This document shows positions 52,350-64,000 of a stretch of DNA of 64,000 nucleotides, piece by piece. This stretch comes from Octopus sinensis (Eukaryota), in contig NC_043009.1 of NCBI RefSeq assembly GCF_006345805.1, positions 46,500,001 through 46,564,000 of the forward strand, in the 5' to 3' direction. Each line of letters opens with the position of its first letter. Within the stretch, counting starts at the first letter, position 1. The notes under the pieces are model-generated. The model had not been told where the DNA came from and made no database searches. It saw only the letters and a program-made list of their open reading frames with translations. Both the position numbers and the translations under genes were made by a program.

Positions 52350-53170
52350 TTTACATCCAGTCATCAGAGTTTTCAGATAGGTCATTAGGGCAATTGAAGC
52401 AATCTTCATTGTTAATTCCAGTTGTAAGAGTCGACGGCCGCCCGTTTTTCTTGGCAGGAAAACTCGTTCTATATCTGCCTTAGGGTGTTGCATTCTATGC
52501 ATTGTCAACAATTTTCGTATTTTTCTGTCAAGATTACATATTTCAGTAATATATTAGGTAATGATATTGAAACTGTAAGTCATGACCGGTATGGCTAGAG
52601 TATTGATCGCTTCGATCTTGTTTCTTGCAATCAACTCTGTTTTGAGTATTGCCCTTACTATGTGATAACATTCTATTCTGATCCTTTTCCTCATCACTGA
52701 ATATTTTATTCCATCACCTTCAAATACCCCTAAGTATTTGTAGCTCTCCGCTGGTTCTAACTTCTTTAAGGCATTCTGCTGGTCAAGATTAACGTTGGAT
52801 GTTTCTACCATGTTTCCTTTGATAAAGATTGCTTTTGCACATTTATCAAGGCCAAATTGTATCCTTATGTCGTCACTGAATTGTTTAACAATCACTACTA
52901 AGCCCTGTAGTTGTTGGTCATTTTTTGCAAAACGCTTCAAATCATTCATGTAAATGAGATTATTTATATTTTTGTCAAACATTTTATAGCCGTATCGAGT
53001 AATTTTGAGAGAGGCATTAAGGCTGGTTAGACAAAAGAGGAATGATGATAGAGGGTCACCGTGGAAAATGCCACATAAAATTCTTACATTTCCAGCATTG
53101 AGAGATTCCTTGTCACTGTTCAAAGTCAGTGTCCTTTTCCATGATCTCATCCTTACAGACAAGACGCTTC
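52350..53170 (-). mobile_element. R4/Dong-type LINE RT fragment
   Basis: GIFHGDPLS, LIYMNDLK, FGLDKCAK, YKYLGV, LDRKIRKLLTMHRMQHPKADIER. Confidence 0.85.
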
Positions 53171-53394
53171 ACAGAGTAGGTGCTATTTTATACACTTCCA
53201 GACATTTCCAGACCACTACTATTACTATTAATATTATAAATAATAATAATACCATTACTACTAATAATAACAATAATAGTAATAATATTAATAACAACAA
53301 CAATAATAATGATACGAGCCAATCCCATAATAAGACACTTAATTTTAATTTCTCCATATTGCGTCTTCCATTTTAATAACACTCTAATAACACA

Positions 53395-53760
53395 CGTATG
53401 ACAGATCGCTGCAACTGCCGATCCGCAACCGAATGCCCGTTGCAAGCCCACTACAGAAGGTTTAACGTAGTATACAAATGCACAGTCCACAACATATTGC
53501 ATAATTCTACTAACTACTATATCAGATCTATTTTAAATTTTAAATAGAGATAGTCACCGCATATAAACTCATTTAAGTATGAGGAGCATAGCAAATCTAT
53601 CTCCCTAGCCAACCATATATACCATCTAATAAATAGACAGGTACCATATAAGACACCATGGATCATAATAGATTCCGGGTTTCCTCGCCAAGGCCAACGA
53701 CTCACTTGTCGACAATGCTTAAAAGAAGCTTTCCAAATATTAATAATTTACACCGATTCC
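53395..53760 (+). pseudogene. Penelope-like GIY-YIG endonuclease remnant
   Basis: CNCRSATECPLQ...NVVYKCTV...YYI...FK*R..HINSF...SISLANH...PWIII...CRQCLKE. Confidence 0.8.
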
Positions 53761-53913
53761 TAAATACACAACACGAAATTTTCTACATGATGTCATAGGT
53801 CCTATCACACCTTTAAATTCTTCCATAGGTCCAAATGCAAACAAAATCAACACGTATAACATAGACGTCAAATTTTACCTTCTGGTGTTTGCTGGTTTTT
53901 TGGGTTTTTTTTT

Positions 53914-54530
53914 GAGAATACACTCTTTGTGGTAAGGCGATTTGACTTCTATCTCTAGCGTATAGGAATCCACTTTAGTGCTCATTCCTGTTATTAATTG
54001 TAATATAATTTTTAAATCTTCGCATTTTTTAAAATATACTAGACCACTGGTTTAAATTAATGTTAATTGATTGATATCAATTTCTACCCTCATTATTTTA
54101 ATTTAAAATAGCAATGTTCTCAAACCGGTAAATTAACTGCGGTAATTTATTTCTGCAGGGTTATTTCCGGCACAAGCGCGCCTAAATGAAGACATTTGAA
54201 ATATACCACAAATATATTTTGTAGAACTGCACATAAGTTTTCTTTCGGGAAAACGTTTTTGTTTATAGTTCGGTGAAATAGGTTTTGAAATACGACAGGC
54301 TACGCTGAGGATTTACATTTTGCATATTACAAGTGTTAATAATGAAACCATGATACTTAGGTAATAGTTTTATTATGTAAATTTTCATTTGCCTTGCTTA
54401 TTTTTTACATTTTGGCGTTTGCTCAGTTTTCCTTGAGAACGCACTCTTTGTGATAAGGTGATATGACGTCTATCTCTAGCGTATAGGAATCCACTTTAGT
54501 GGTCATTCCACTTATTAATTATAATATATA
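53914..54530 (+). mobile_element. pLTR-like 3' region (family G): ~90-bp direct repeats 521 nt apart with a degenerate HHR at 54300-54360
   Basis: gagaa.c.cactctttgtg.taagg...gcgtataggaatccactttagtg at 53914 and 54435; CUA(C)G CUGAGGA..GAAAC CAUG (A)UA CUUAG. Confidence 0.6.
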
Positions 54531-55284
54531 TATATATATAGTGGAGGTGAAAATGATACTTTGTACTTGAGATGTTCAAAATGTATAATACTTACATATT
54601 TTCACTTGATTGAATCCTTTATTTTTTTGTGCATGATGTAACACTTCTATTCATCAATAAAATACACGTCTGAAACAGCTGTTGTTAACCACAATCCATT
54701 TGCTATTATTTTTTTATATCTATACATATATAATCTCTTTGTTTCTTCTATCTGCTTCAGTCGTTAGACTGTCGCCATGCATTTGAACATCTGGTATTCT
54801 TGATCGAGTTTTCGCCAGATTCTATTGAATTTATCCAGTTAGTGGAGCAAAATTTATACTCAATATCCCTCCGCATTTGGCAAGGAATTGTATCTATCGA
54901 GTACATATTTTAACAATTCCTCAAAATGCAGTAGAACACAGTCATCGTAGTCTCAGCCAATACAAACTGTGACATCCGAGACAACAACTGTAAACATCTC
55001 CTTTGAAGCGGCAAACCGACATTTTTATTCCATTAACTTCACTCACTAGATAACGGGTATGCTGTGGCATGCCCTTCAAGTGTTTTGCTGACTGGATCAT
55101 ATTCACATGAATACGTATTTTGAATGGTGTTCTTATCGGTTACTAATTATCGAACTGCAAGCAAGAGACAAAGAAACATAAAGACATGTGTCTTAGATCA
55201 GTGTAGACATAAACTTATTAATTCCCACCAATACACACACGTACATACATACGTATACGCATATCCATGTGTATATATACATAA

Positions 55285-55331
<47 letters not shown>

Positions 55332-55385
55332 TTATAAGTTTATGAAAGAATAGAGTTGAACGACTTGTTAACAAATTTCCATTAT

Positions 55386-55466
55386 TTTCGACATATGTTT
55401 CGAAGGCTGCATATTCCTAATTCCGAAGGAATAAGGAGTACATTATGCAGATTTCTCATCAGGAAA
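55386..55466 (-). ncRNA. Type I hammerhead ribozyme with canonical GUC and extended stem II (family H)
   Basis: rc: UUUC CUGAUGA GAAau CUGCAUA..CCuUAUUCC uuc GGAAUuAGG..UAUGCAG ccUUC GAAAC AUAU GUC GAAA; palindromic ACAUAUGU. Confidence 0.8.
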
Positions 55467-57077
55467 GGCAAGGAACTTATGTCGACATCAAAATGCACAA
55501 AAGACTTTTAGCTGACTGCTCTCAAGGAGGCCATGGCGATAATGAGTGTCTGTTTATAAGGAGTGACGTTAGAGTGGCTGAATGTAGAAGAATCTAGAAG
55601 GATCTAAAGGTTCAAGGGTTCAAACGAAGTAGGAGGAGGGAGGCATAAGAATAGTAAGGTGAGAGGGTGCAGGTCAAAAGAATGGTGGGTTTAATTGATT
55701 TCTTTTATGAATGAGTGCCTGTGTGTGTGACTGTATATAACTGTCATAATGTGTGTATGTGTGTGTGTGAAAGCGTGATTGTGTTTGTGGATGGGTAGTT
55801 GACAGAAAACTGACAGCTGTGAGGTGAGAGGTCTGTGTCTGTGTGTTCGATTGTGTTTACTGTAGAGAAAGGGAAGTAGAGAGAGAAAGGGAGGAAAAGA
55901 CGGGCGAGGTGAGAGGCAACGCTGGAATGGGTAGTAGTTCTTGGAATTATAAGAAAATCTTTTGACTATTGGGGTGAAATATAACAAAACTTTTTGGGAA
56001 ATAGAGGGGTTATCTATATTAGTCACTATTCATATGAGTAAAAGGTGTGTCGTTTCCGGTGTAAGTAGTATTATTGTTCTTCAGACGCCAGACTAATTTG
56101 CTTAGCCCCGTGCTGCGTTGCTTTCTCTTATCTCTGGCGTCTGAAGAACAATAATACTACTTTCAAGCTGGAATGGTCCATTTTGTCGGTGTCCTTCCCG
56201 TTTGATAAGGGCAGAAAATTTTGTGGCATCTGTAATTCCGAACTTTTTCATATTTTGTTCGCCAAAGTCCCTTTAATGAATACAATCGTCGAAAGGTCCT
56301 ACAGGTGTTTACGTCCCATTTGTTTTTTATCCCATTTTGTTTCATTATCCGTGTGCATTTTATCTGTTATTTTGTTTATTTCGGTTTGGGGCGCTTTTGC
56401 CTCTCGCAAGATATATCATCAGACATCCGCACGGGTATTCTCCGAAACATTCGCCCTTCTATTAGTATTTCTTCTTTTCTATATTTGGTATGTTTCTCTT
56501 GTTATGCCTATGTTTCTCGTGTATAGTTTTGCAGTGTAGAATGCATATAATACTTCGATGTTGTCGTCTTCCGTCCACGGATCTGTTTTGGTTTTATTTT
56601 TCATAAATAAAAATTTGTCTTTATTTATTTTCGAAGATTTATTACCGAGCATGTTTTTTTCTCTTTTTGCATTTTATATTTATTGTTATTATTATTTGTC
56701 TCGTTTAATTTGTTTAACACTGTGTGTTCTACATTGTCTTGTTCATGTACGAAATGTACGAGTGCGTGCGTGAACCTTATAAACATTACAGTTATGTGTA
56801 TTTGTGTAGAAATTAGACTGCGTGTACGATTATTATTTGTACTCACATTTTTTTCTTTGTCGCGTCATCGCATTCTCGCGTATTGTTTCAATTCTTCTAT
56901 AGATAAATCGATTTCCGTGTGTTCTTTATAATTTCACACACATGTCTTTCTGTGACAACATGTCTAACAAATTGAATTCCAATCATCCCAGGAACTCGGA
57001 TTATGGTCTCAAAAAATATGTAATTTGGGGAAACGCGCGTAGCGATATATTAAGATATTTATATATTCCATCCATGG

Positions 57078-57545
57078 ATTATTATTATTATTATTACTAT
57101 TATTATTATTATTATTGAGTGAGAGAGCAGTTCATGCCATCAAAGTGACACTGGGGTAAAATATACGAAGCCCAATATACCCATCATGGCTACTCGTCTG
57201 ATAAGGGTATACCAGGCACATGCATCACAACCATATGTGCGCGACATGGTGATCTCATATCAAGATAAACAGCACATGACCTTGCAGGTGGGGCCCAGTT
57301 AGAATTTTCTTCAGGTTGAGTATCCCATCCCGCTCAAAAGGTCCCTGAATAAGGGTTGTTTAAGGATGTTGAAAGAACCACCCATGTTTCCAGAGGTGAA
57401 TTATTCAAACCCCAAAGAATCCCTCTCAACACATGGCTATGATGCTCCCCCACTACTTCTGCTCCTGATCAGAGATGCACATATCGTCAGCCACTAAGGA
57501 CATGCTCAACTGGTTAGGTCAAACAACTGACAAGCAACTCTGTGT
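57078..57545 (-). mobile_element. Non-LTR element 3' end with (TAA)n tail
   Basis: rc ends ...ctgctctctcactc(aat)n; recognised from memory as a common octopus repeat; no ORF. Confidence 0.45.
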
Positions 57546-59378
57546 ATTATTATTAGAGAATGCGAAGGGCGCGATGCGATTGCAATAGAAATTCTGTTGG
57601 TTGAACGATACTTGCCTGTCTTTGTCGAGTCGAAAACGAAAGTGATACATAGAAATTCAAAATTATAGAAATTCAAATTCAAAATTTGAACGCGGGCAAC
57701 CAGCGTTTTCACGTTCATTGAATTATCCCATCAGTCTTCAAATTTCAAGTTTTCAACTGGTAAGAAGAAAAAGAGAGCGAAAGAGAGGGAGAAAAAGTAT
57801 ATTTAATCAAACAGTTTTGTATAAATATGATGAAATTCTGTGATTTTATTCATCCCTCGGGGGCATGTTGTTAATAACTCGCTAACATATTTCTCCCCAG
57901 TGTAGCAGATTCAGAATATTCTCAACTCGACATAAACAGGCAAGCTGTCGAAATATCGTTCAATCAATAAAATATCTATTGCAGTCGTATCGCGCTTTTC
58001 TTATCGTCTATTTACCTTTCTGAGAAGTTACGTCAATCCTTTAAAAATATTATTATTATTCTCATTATTATTATCATTATTATCATTATTATATATGCAT
58101 GTGTGTGTGTGCTTGTGTGCTACAGTTGTCGCCTTCAATCTAAAATAACAAAAGTTGGCAGGTCAGCTTATTAGTCATATAGTAAAATTATACTAAAATA
58201 ACAGTAATATAGGACAGTATAACTGACTCTTCTGGCAAAAGTCTCGAAACTTATGGAATGCACTTCATATACACTCACGCGCGCTCGAACACACACACAC
58301 ACACTCACATCCAAATTGAGGGAGTGGAACCCAAGCCGCATATCTTTCCTAGCTAGCTGATCCTCTGACGAGTGCGAAGTGAAAGTAACTGTGTTTGCAT
58401 GGGTGTGCGAAGGTGTATATTTATTGTGACTTAGAAAGCGACCAACTTTACTAACGCCTACTATACACCTTTATCTTTACCCATCCCAGCTTAATATTCT
58501 TAACCATTATTTCTCCTTAAAGACTATAACTTTCTACACCTATCTCCCCTCCTTCTTCACACTCTCTTCTTTTCCTAACAACTCCACCCAATTTCCATTT
58601 TAAAAATTCGACCTCTTCATTTCCTTTTCTTCTCGACCATTTCATTTCTTCTAACATTTGCTTTTTTTTCCCATTGACGTGTGTATGCATGGGGGCGCCA
58701 ATATGATTGTTTACTGTAAAGTGGCCACAACACAATATTTATAGCAACTTTTTCTCCTTAAAGACAACAACCATCCACCCTACCCTCTCTTCCCCCTCTC
58801 TTTTTCTTTATTCCTAACAACTTTATATGATTCTCACTCCCAAATATTTGATTTCACCCTCCTCTTTTCTTACTCAGTTCTTCAAACATTTGTTGTTTTT
58901 TTTTATTCTGTTATTCCAGATTCACCACTCATTTCAAATTATATCTACGGTGAGTTAACTTGGATACCCAAATGTATATGTGTGTCTATTTTTGCCCCCC
59001 CCTCAACATCGCTTGTCACCCATTATATAATTATCGGTTTGATAAGTAGCTACTTGTTGAGTAATTATTACATCAGAGGATTAGCTGGCTAGAAAACATA
59101 TGTAGCCTGGTTTTCACCCACTCAACTCCCTCAACTTTGATTTTTATTCGCATTCATAGCAACTCTAGTTACTAACCGTGAACCATGCATAAATTTTAAG
59201 GTTGTCGAACTTCCTCATACCTTCGATATTGGAAAAAGTGTGCAACCTTCGACGTCAATAAATTGTTATTTTTCCTGAACGTAAACGTTCCAATTTTTGT
59301 CTTCTATACTTGCCACGGACCGCTTGAAGCTTGGATCCTTGTATTTTATCCTTATATATCGATATGTGTGTGTGTGTG

Positions 59379-59410
<32 letters not shown>

Positions 59411-60130
59411 TGTATGTATGTATGTATGCATGCATGCATGCAGGTTCATATATTGTATACATTATGCACATTTCAGGTTAGGTACTTTTTTTAGTATACA
59501 ATTATGAAAGAACTAACTGATGAAGTGTGAGTAATTATTTCGATTAATATTGCTTTTTTATATATTGACAACAGGGCCGAGATTCTTCGTTTTCCAGCAC
59601 ATTTCCGATGTTCTTTAAGGAACCGTCAGGCAGCTAAAATAATTAGCATAAGGACAGAAAATATCAGCGAAAGTATAAGGACACAGCTACTGGTATTAGG
59701 TTCAACCCTATTCTGAGATTCTCGTTCTTCTTACACACAAAGATACACACTTAATGCACAGGCGCACACATACAACTCTTCCCACGCACTCACACAAACT
59801 TAAAATACATACAACTCGAACCTGTCGATCTTGCATTCAAAGCATAGCAAAATCTGTACCTCAACGACTCTTTACTCTTTACTGGCGAGGAAATATTTTA
59901 GCTTTGATCATCTAGGGATTTACTACAATTAGAAGTTACAGTACAACCCAACAGCTATGATGTTGCTACTGCTACACATACAAATATAGAAGATCACATC
60001 CAAAACAAAGAAATAATAGTAAAATCATCCGCCTGTGGTAAAAATCTTCACAATGTAAAATAATCTCTAACCCAAATTTACACTGTCTGTTCACTCTGAA
60101 ACTACAGTGGTATCTGCCTTTTGATGCTAG

Positions 60131-60230
60131 ATAGGTGCACACCGCCATTCAAAGTAAATAGGTACACACCGCCATTCAAAGTAAATAGGTACACACCGCC
60201 ATTCAAAGTGAATAGGTGCACACCGCCATT
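60131..60230 (+). repeat. 27-bp minisatellite, 3.7 copies
   Basis: Unit ataggt(a/g)cacaccgccattcaaagt(a/g)a, head-to-tail without spacers. Confidence 0.9.
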
Positions 60231-61974
60231 TGACATATCAGCTTCATCTTGTCTCTTCCTCCAGATTCTTACTAACCGTCATTTCTACTCTCTTTGCATA
60301 TCTATTCGGTAACCTCTGGAATTACCTTATCAATTTATATATTTTTTCATACCTTGGGTATTAGCAATATCAATCTCATTAATATCGGAGGCCTTAACAA
60401 GGCTCATATACACTGCGTCTCCCTATAAATTAAAGCAAGATCAAAGGAAAAACAATTAATTCAAATGGCTTTTGTAACAATGGCACTTTTATATTTGCGC
60501 CTCTCGTTAGAAAAATTACTTGTATTTAATTAATACACTAGTATCGACTTTATGATTTATATTAAGCCATCTAAAAGTAAATGGTTGGTAGCAAAATCGG
60601 AAGAAATAAAAGTTTAATTCTGTTTCCTGATTTTAACCTCATGCATCTGCAAATTACAGAACAATAATTTCGCTGAAATTTGTGAAGTACTGTGTATTCG
60701 AGTCGCACGTAACATATAGTATAGCCTATGGACGTGTGTTATCTCCACGTGAAATTTCGGCTGCATATATTACGTCACTTTTATAATCACTGCTCACTTT
60801 ACTCCACTAGAACATCAAGTTTCACACTAGTCCGACAATAAATGACCTTGAATCTGGTCAATGAACTCATAGGTGGATTTTGTTTTGTTACAAAACGCTT
60901 TAGAAACATGTTCAATGTAAGTGTACTCAAGCAAGTGTGTTTAACAGTTAAAATGTAGAGAATGTGATCACATAACCTGTCTTCAGATTTGAAACGCATA
61001 TTGTATTATGCCGATAGTTATTTTTTAAATATTGAACATTTTATATAAGCGAAACAGTTTAAGCAAGAAGTAGATCATCACCCTAAGATTGCGTTAGATT
61101 TTGTTAATCATAAAATTACAGCTGAAATTTCTGGGAAATATGTGTACTCAATTGATTTAAGTAGACACTTGATAACAAAGAAGGCACTTAAAATAAAACC
61201 GGGTACATAAATTATAGGCGCTTAACTCAGAGTTTGGTAGTGATATAGTCCAGCTTCGTCTACATTCTCTCGACAATAGTTCTTCAGATTATTATCTAAT
61301 CAAGTTTACGTTTGATTATCTGAAACAACTTTTGTAACATTTGTTATTCATTTACAGTGTTGAGTCAAAAGTTTTGCAATATTTTGTTAATTTATTTGCT
61401 TTATTCGTCAAGTTACAACAAAAGAGTCTAGCATTGAATGTAGAGGTCATGGTGTTGCACCGTCTGCAGCCGTCTTTCTGCCATTTTTTTTTTATGTCAT
61501 GTTGTTACCGGTTCTTATCCTTCGAGGCGGAGGACGCCTTCATTTAAGCTTCCACCTCCTCTTGGTTGGAGAAGCACAAGAATTAAGCCATTGATTTAGA
61601 AATTTATCAACCCTGACTTGTACAATACGCTTCTTGATTAAAATAAGCTTGGAATAAATTTTTCAGTAATTTTCTCATATCACATATGTGTTCACAAAGT
61701 AGCCATCTTGTAAAACAATTATCAGAAATATCTGATGATTATACTTTCTCTTCAGAATCCATTAAACGCAATCGCTTACTTGAAAGAAATGCTCACCAGC
61801 ATATGAATAAATGTGTTATAGTAATAAGTAGCTAAATATTTTACTTTTCATCAAAATTGAGTTCTTTCACAATTTACTGACTCGCGTTACATACATACAT
61901 ATACATGCATACATACATGCACTCAAACACATGCCCACACACGCTATCACAACCACACACACTTATACACGATC

Positions 61975-62120
61975 ATCTTCTGCATAGTTTCCGTTTTCCT
62001 TCTACCAAATTTTATTCGCAAGATATAACCCAACCTGAGGCTATGTTTAAAATACAATGAGGTAGAATCGAACACAAAACCATCTGATCGCGAAGCGAAC
62101 TCTTTTTACCATATGGCCAC
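61975..62120 (-). mobile_element. Highly degenerate OK-type SINE head
   Basis: rc resembles gtggccatatggtaaaaag...ggttttgtgttcgattc. Confidence 0.45.
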
Positions 62121-62562
62121 ATATGTGCTCGTATAGTCTTTATAAAATAAACGCTATTGCTTCTATCTGTGTGCTACTGTTGACTAAGTATACGTGTCAT
62201 GAAAGACACTCCATTACTGATCACCCTCACATTTGTACCGGCGTAGCGTATTTGTGACTATATTTGATGGCGATTTGGTTGCAGTTTCATGTAGCAGAAA
62301 TCATGCGACAAAGCTGACTCAAATTACAATCTTCATTCCCAAGAAATGAGCAATCGTGCACCAATGCTGGGAATCATTATTAATCCATCTCTTGGGGCAG
62401 CAGGTAATAGGATCGTACATGAACAAGCAAAATACCTCGCATTGTTTATGATATTTTACACTCTGAGTTCACATGCCGGCAAAGTTGTCTTACTGTCTTA
62501 TCATCTACTGTTGATAAATGAATGTATTAACACACACTCACACACGTATATATATATATACA

Positions 62563-62626
<64 letters not shown>

Positions 62627-62642
62627 GGAAAGTTTACGAAAA

Positions 62643-62812
62643 TAAACAAAAGACGAAGGCAGGTGGTGTACAAACAAACAGATGTATTAGTATAGCGCTC
62701 AGGAATAGAAAAAGTCTTTTACGTTTCGAGCCTACGCTCTTCTACAGAAAGGTACACAGAAAAAACAAGGAGAGAAAAAAATGTGTGTAGTAGCTAACGA
62801 TCTATCATGGCG
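62643..62812 (-). mobile_element. Short element (family I) with a variant hammerhead-like motif at 62716-62751
   Basis: rc: CUUU CUGUAGA a GAGC guag GCUC GAAAC GUA AAAG; flanked by (TA)n and (TG)n. Confidence 0.55.
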
Positions 62813-62861
62813 TCATGTGTGTGTGTGTGTGTGTGTACATATATATATATATATATATATA

Positions 62862-64000
62862 CAGTACCGTGCAAAAAACTTCGGTGGCTTTAAATTATTG
62901 TAAATTTCTACTAATTACCAACTTATAAGTGGATGTTTCGCATTGCGTTTTTACAGATGAAATATTGGCCCTGTTGGAGTCTTTTCTATACCTAATCATT
63001 ATATTTTGTAGTAGGAGTTCTGAATAAAAGGGTAAGATATGAGACGATAACCAAAATAGCCGTGCAAACGTTTTCGGTCACCTCACATAAACGAATTAAG
63101 ATACAGTATTTTAAAACAAAAAAATGTCTACAATGAAAATTTATTACATAATGCTCATTTCAAGAAGTTACTGTACATTGTTAATATTTCATGTGACTTC
63201 CCTTGACTTGAATAATTACTTCAATGTGCCTGGGAAAAGATACGTACAAATCCTTCACCATCTTCACAGCTATGAGATGTCATTCTCTCTAGCTGAGCTT
63301 TCACAATTCTTCAAGATTGCGTGGATTCTTCTGACAAACTCTTCTCTTTAATTCTGTCCACATTTGCTATATGATATTTAAGTCAGGGCTCTGAGCTGAC
63401 CAATCTTTCAATACAGTAACACCTTCATCAGCCAAACTCTGTTACACGCGATTTGTGGTATGGAGCTCCGCCATGCTGAAAAATCTCACCTTCATTCATC
63501 CAAGTTTGGTATCTAATTGTCCTTCAGCAACTGGATGTATTTGGCACTATTCAAGTTACTGTCAGTTTTAGCCAAGTTTCTTGAAGCATCACTTTTTATG
63601 TACCCAAAAAGCATTAGACTCTTACCCCCCACTCCCTGAAACTTCACTGCTTTCGTTGGTCGTTTCGCCTTCTGAGAAATTCTCACTTATTAGAAAGCGA
63701 AACTACCCACGTTTCACTACGAAAATGGGATGAGATAAGTCGGTCACACAGAATCCTCGAACCCAGTACTTGACTAGTGCTTATTTTGTCGATTCTGAAG
63801 AAATAAATCACAACTTTGAACTCGATGAAATTTGAACTCAGAATGTAAAAATCCAAGAAGAAAAACCTTACAGCATTTACCCACGGTTCGAACGAATCTG
63901 CCATCTCGAAGCCTTAGATTTGCAATAACGAAATTATTTTAGCATTTTTCATGTTATTCTTTTTGAAATCAAAGTCGATCATAAGTAGTATTCATAACCA
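62862..64000 (-). mobile_element. Tc1-like transposon, 3' half (transposase ends at ~63181; TIR starting CAGT at 62862 after TA)
   Basis: rc: NSAKYIQLL, FQHGGAPYHKS, DWSAQSPDLNII*QMW..LKRRV, KGSHMKY*. Confidence 0.8.

Noticed and set aside
58365-58390. CUGACGA...GAAA GUA
   Set aside because: No stem I or stem II pairing; expected by chance.
60131-60230. Possible CRISPR array
   Set aside because: Head-to-tail repeats without unique spacers, in a eukaryotic context.
61400-61800. Possible host exon on the minus strand (…SPTKRRWKLK*, downstream aataaa)
   Set aside because: Short, no recognisable domain or clear splice sites; needs RNA-seq or BLAST.

Overview
AT-rich, microsatellite-saturated eukaryotic DNA, most likely octopus/cephalopod (inferred from the tRNA-derived SINE types and repeat landscape). 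No host protein-coding exon could be supported; most short ORFs in the track are translations of (TA)n/(TACA)n/(TAA)n. Identifiable content is transposon-derived: a near-intact CR1-clade LINE ORF2 (28.8-31.9 kb, minus) plus two 3' fragments, a decayed Gypsy gag-pol (20.7-24.6 kb), RTE and R4/Dong-type (RLE) LINE fragments, mariner, Tigger, Tc1 and Chapaev-type relics, several SINEs, and four Penelope-like (PLE) GIY-YIG remnants. The most striking signal is a dense set of type I hammerhead ribozyme (HHR) motifs: about 18 intact-to-degenerate motifs from roughly 10 unrelated short element families. Many have palindromic stem III, several have very long stem II, and they sit in tandem (~520-540 nt units) or inverted pLTR-like repeats, mostly next to (TA)n tracts. 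One is linked to a GIY-YIG remnant and one is flanked by a 12-bp TSD, pointing to a PLE-driven retrozyme-like system. CR1 LINEs and the OK-type SINE share a covarying 3' stem-loop. The first 15 kb is a mosaic of local direct and inverted duplications that differ mostly by 1-nt indels, so part of it may be an assembly artefact. All RNA structures were paired by eye, not computed.
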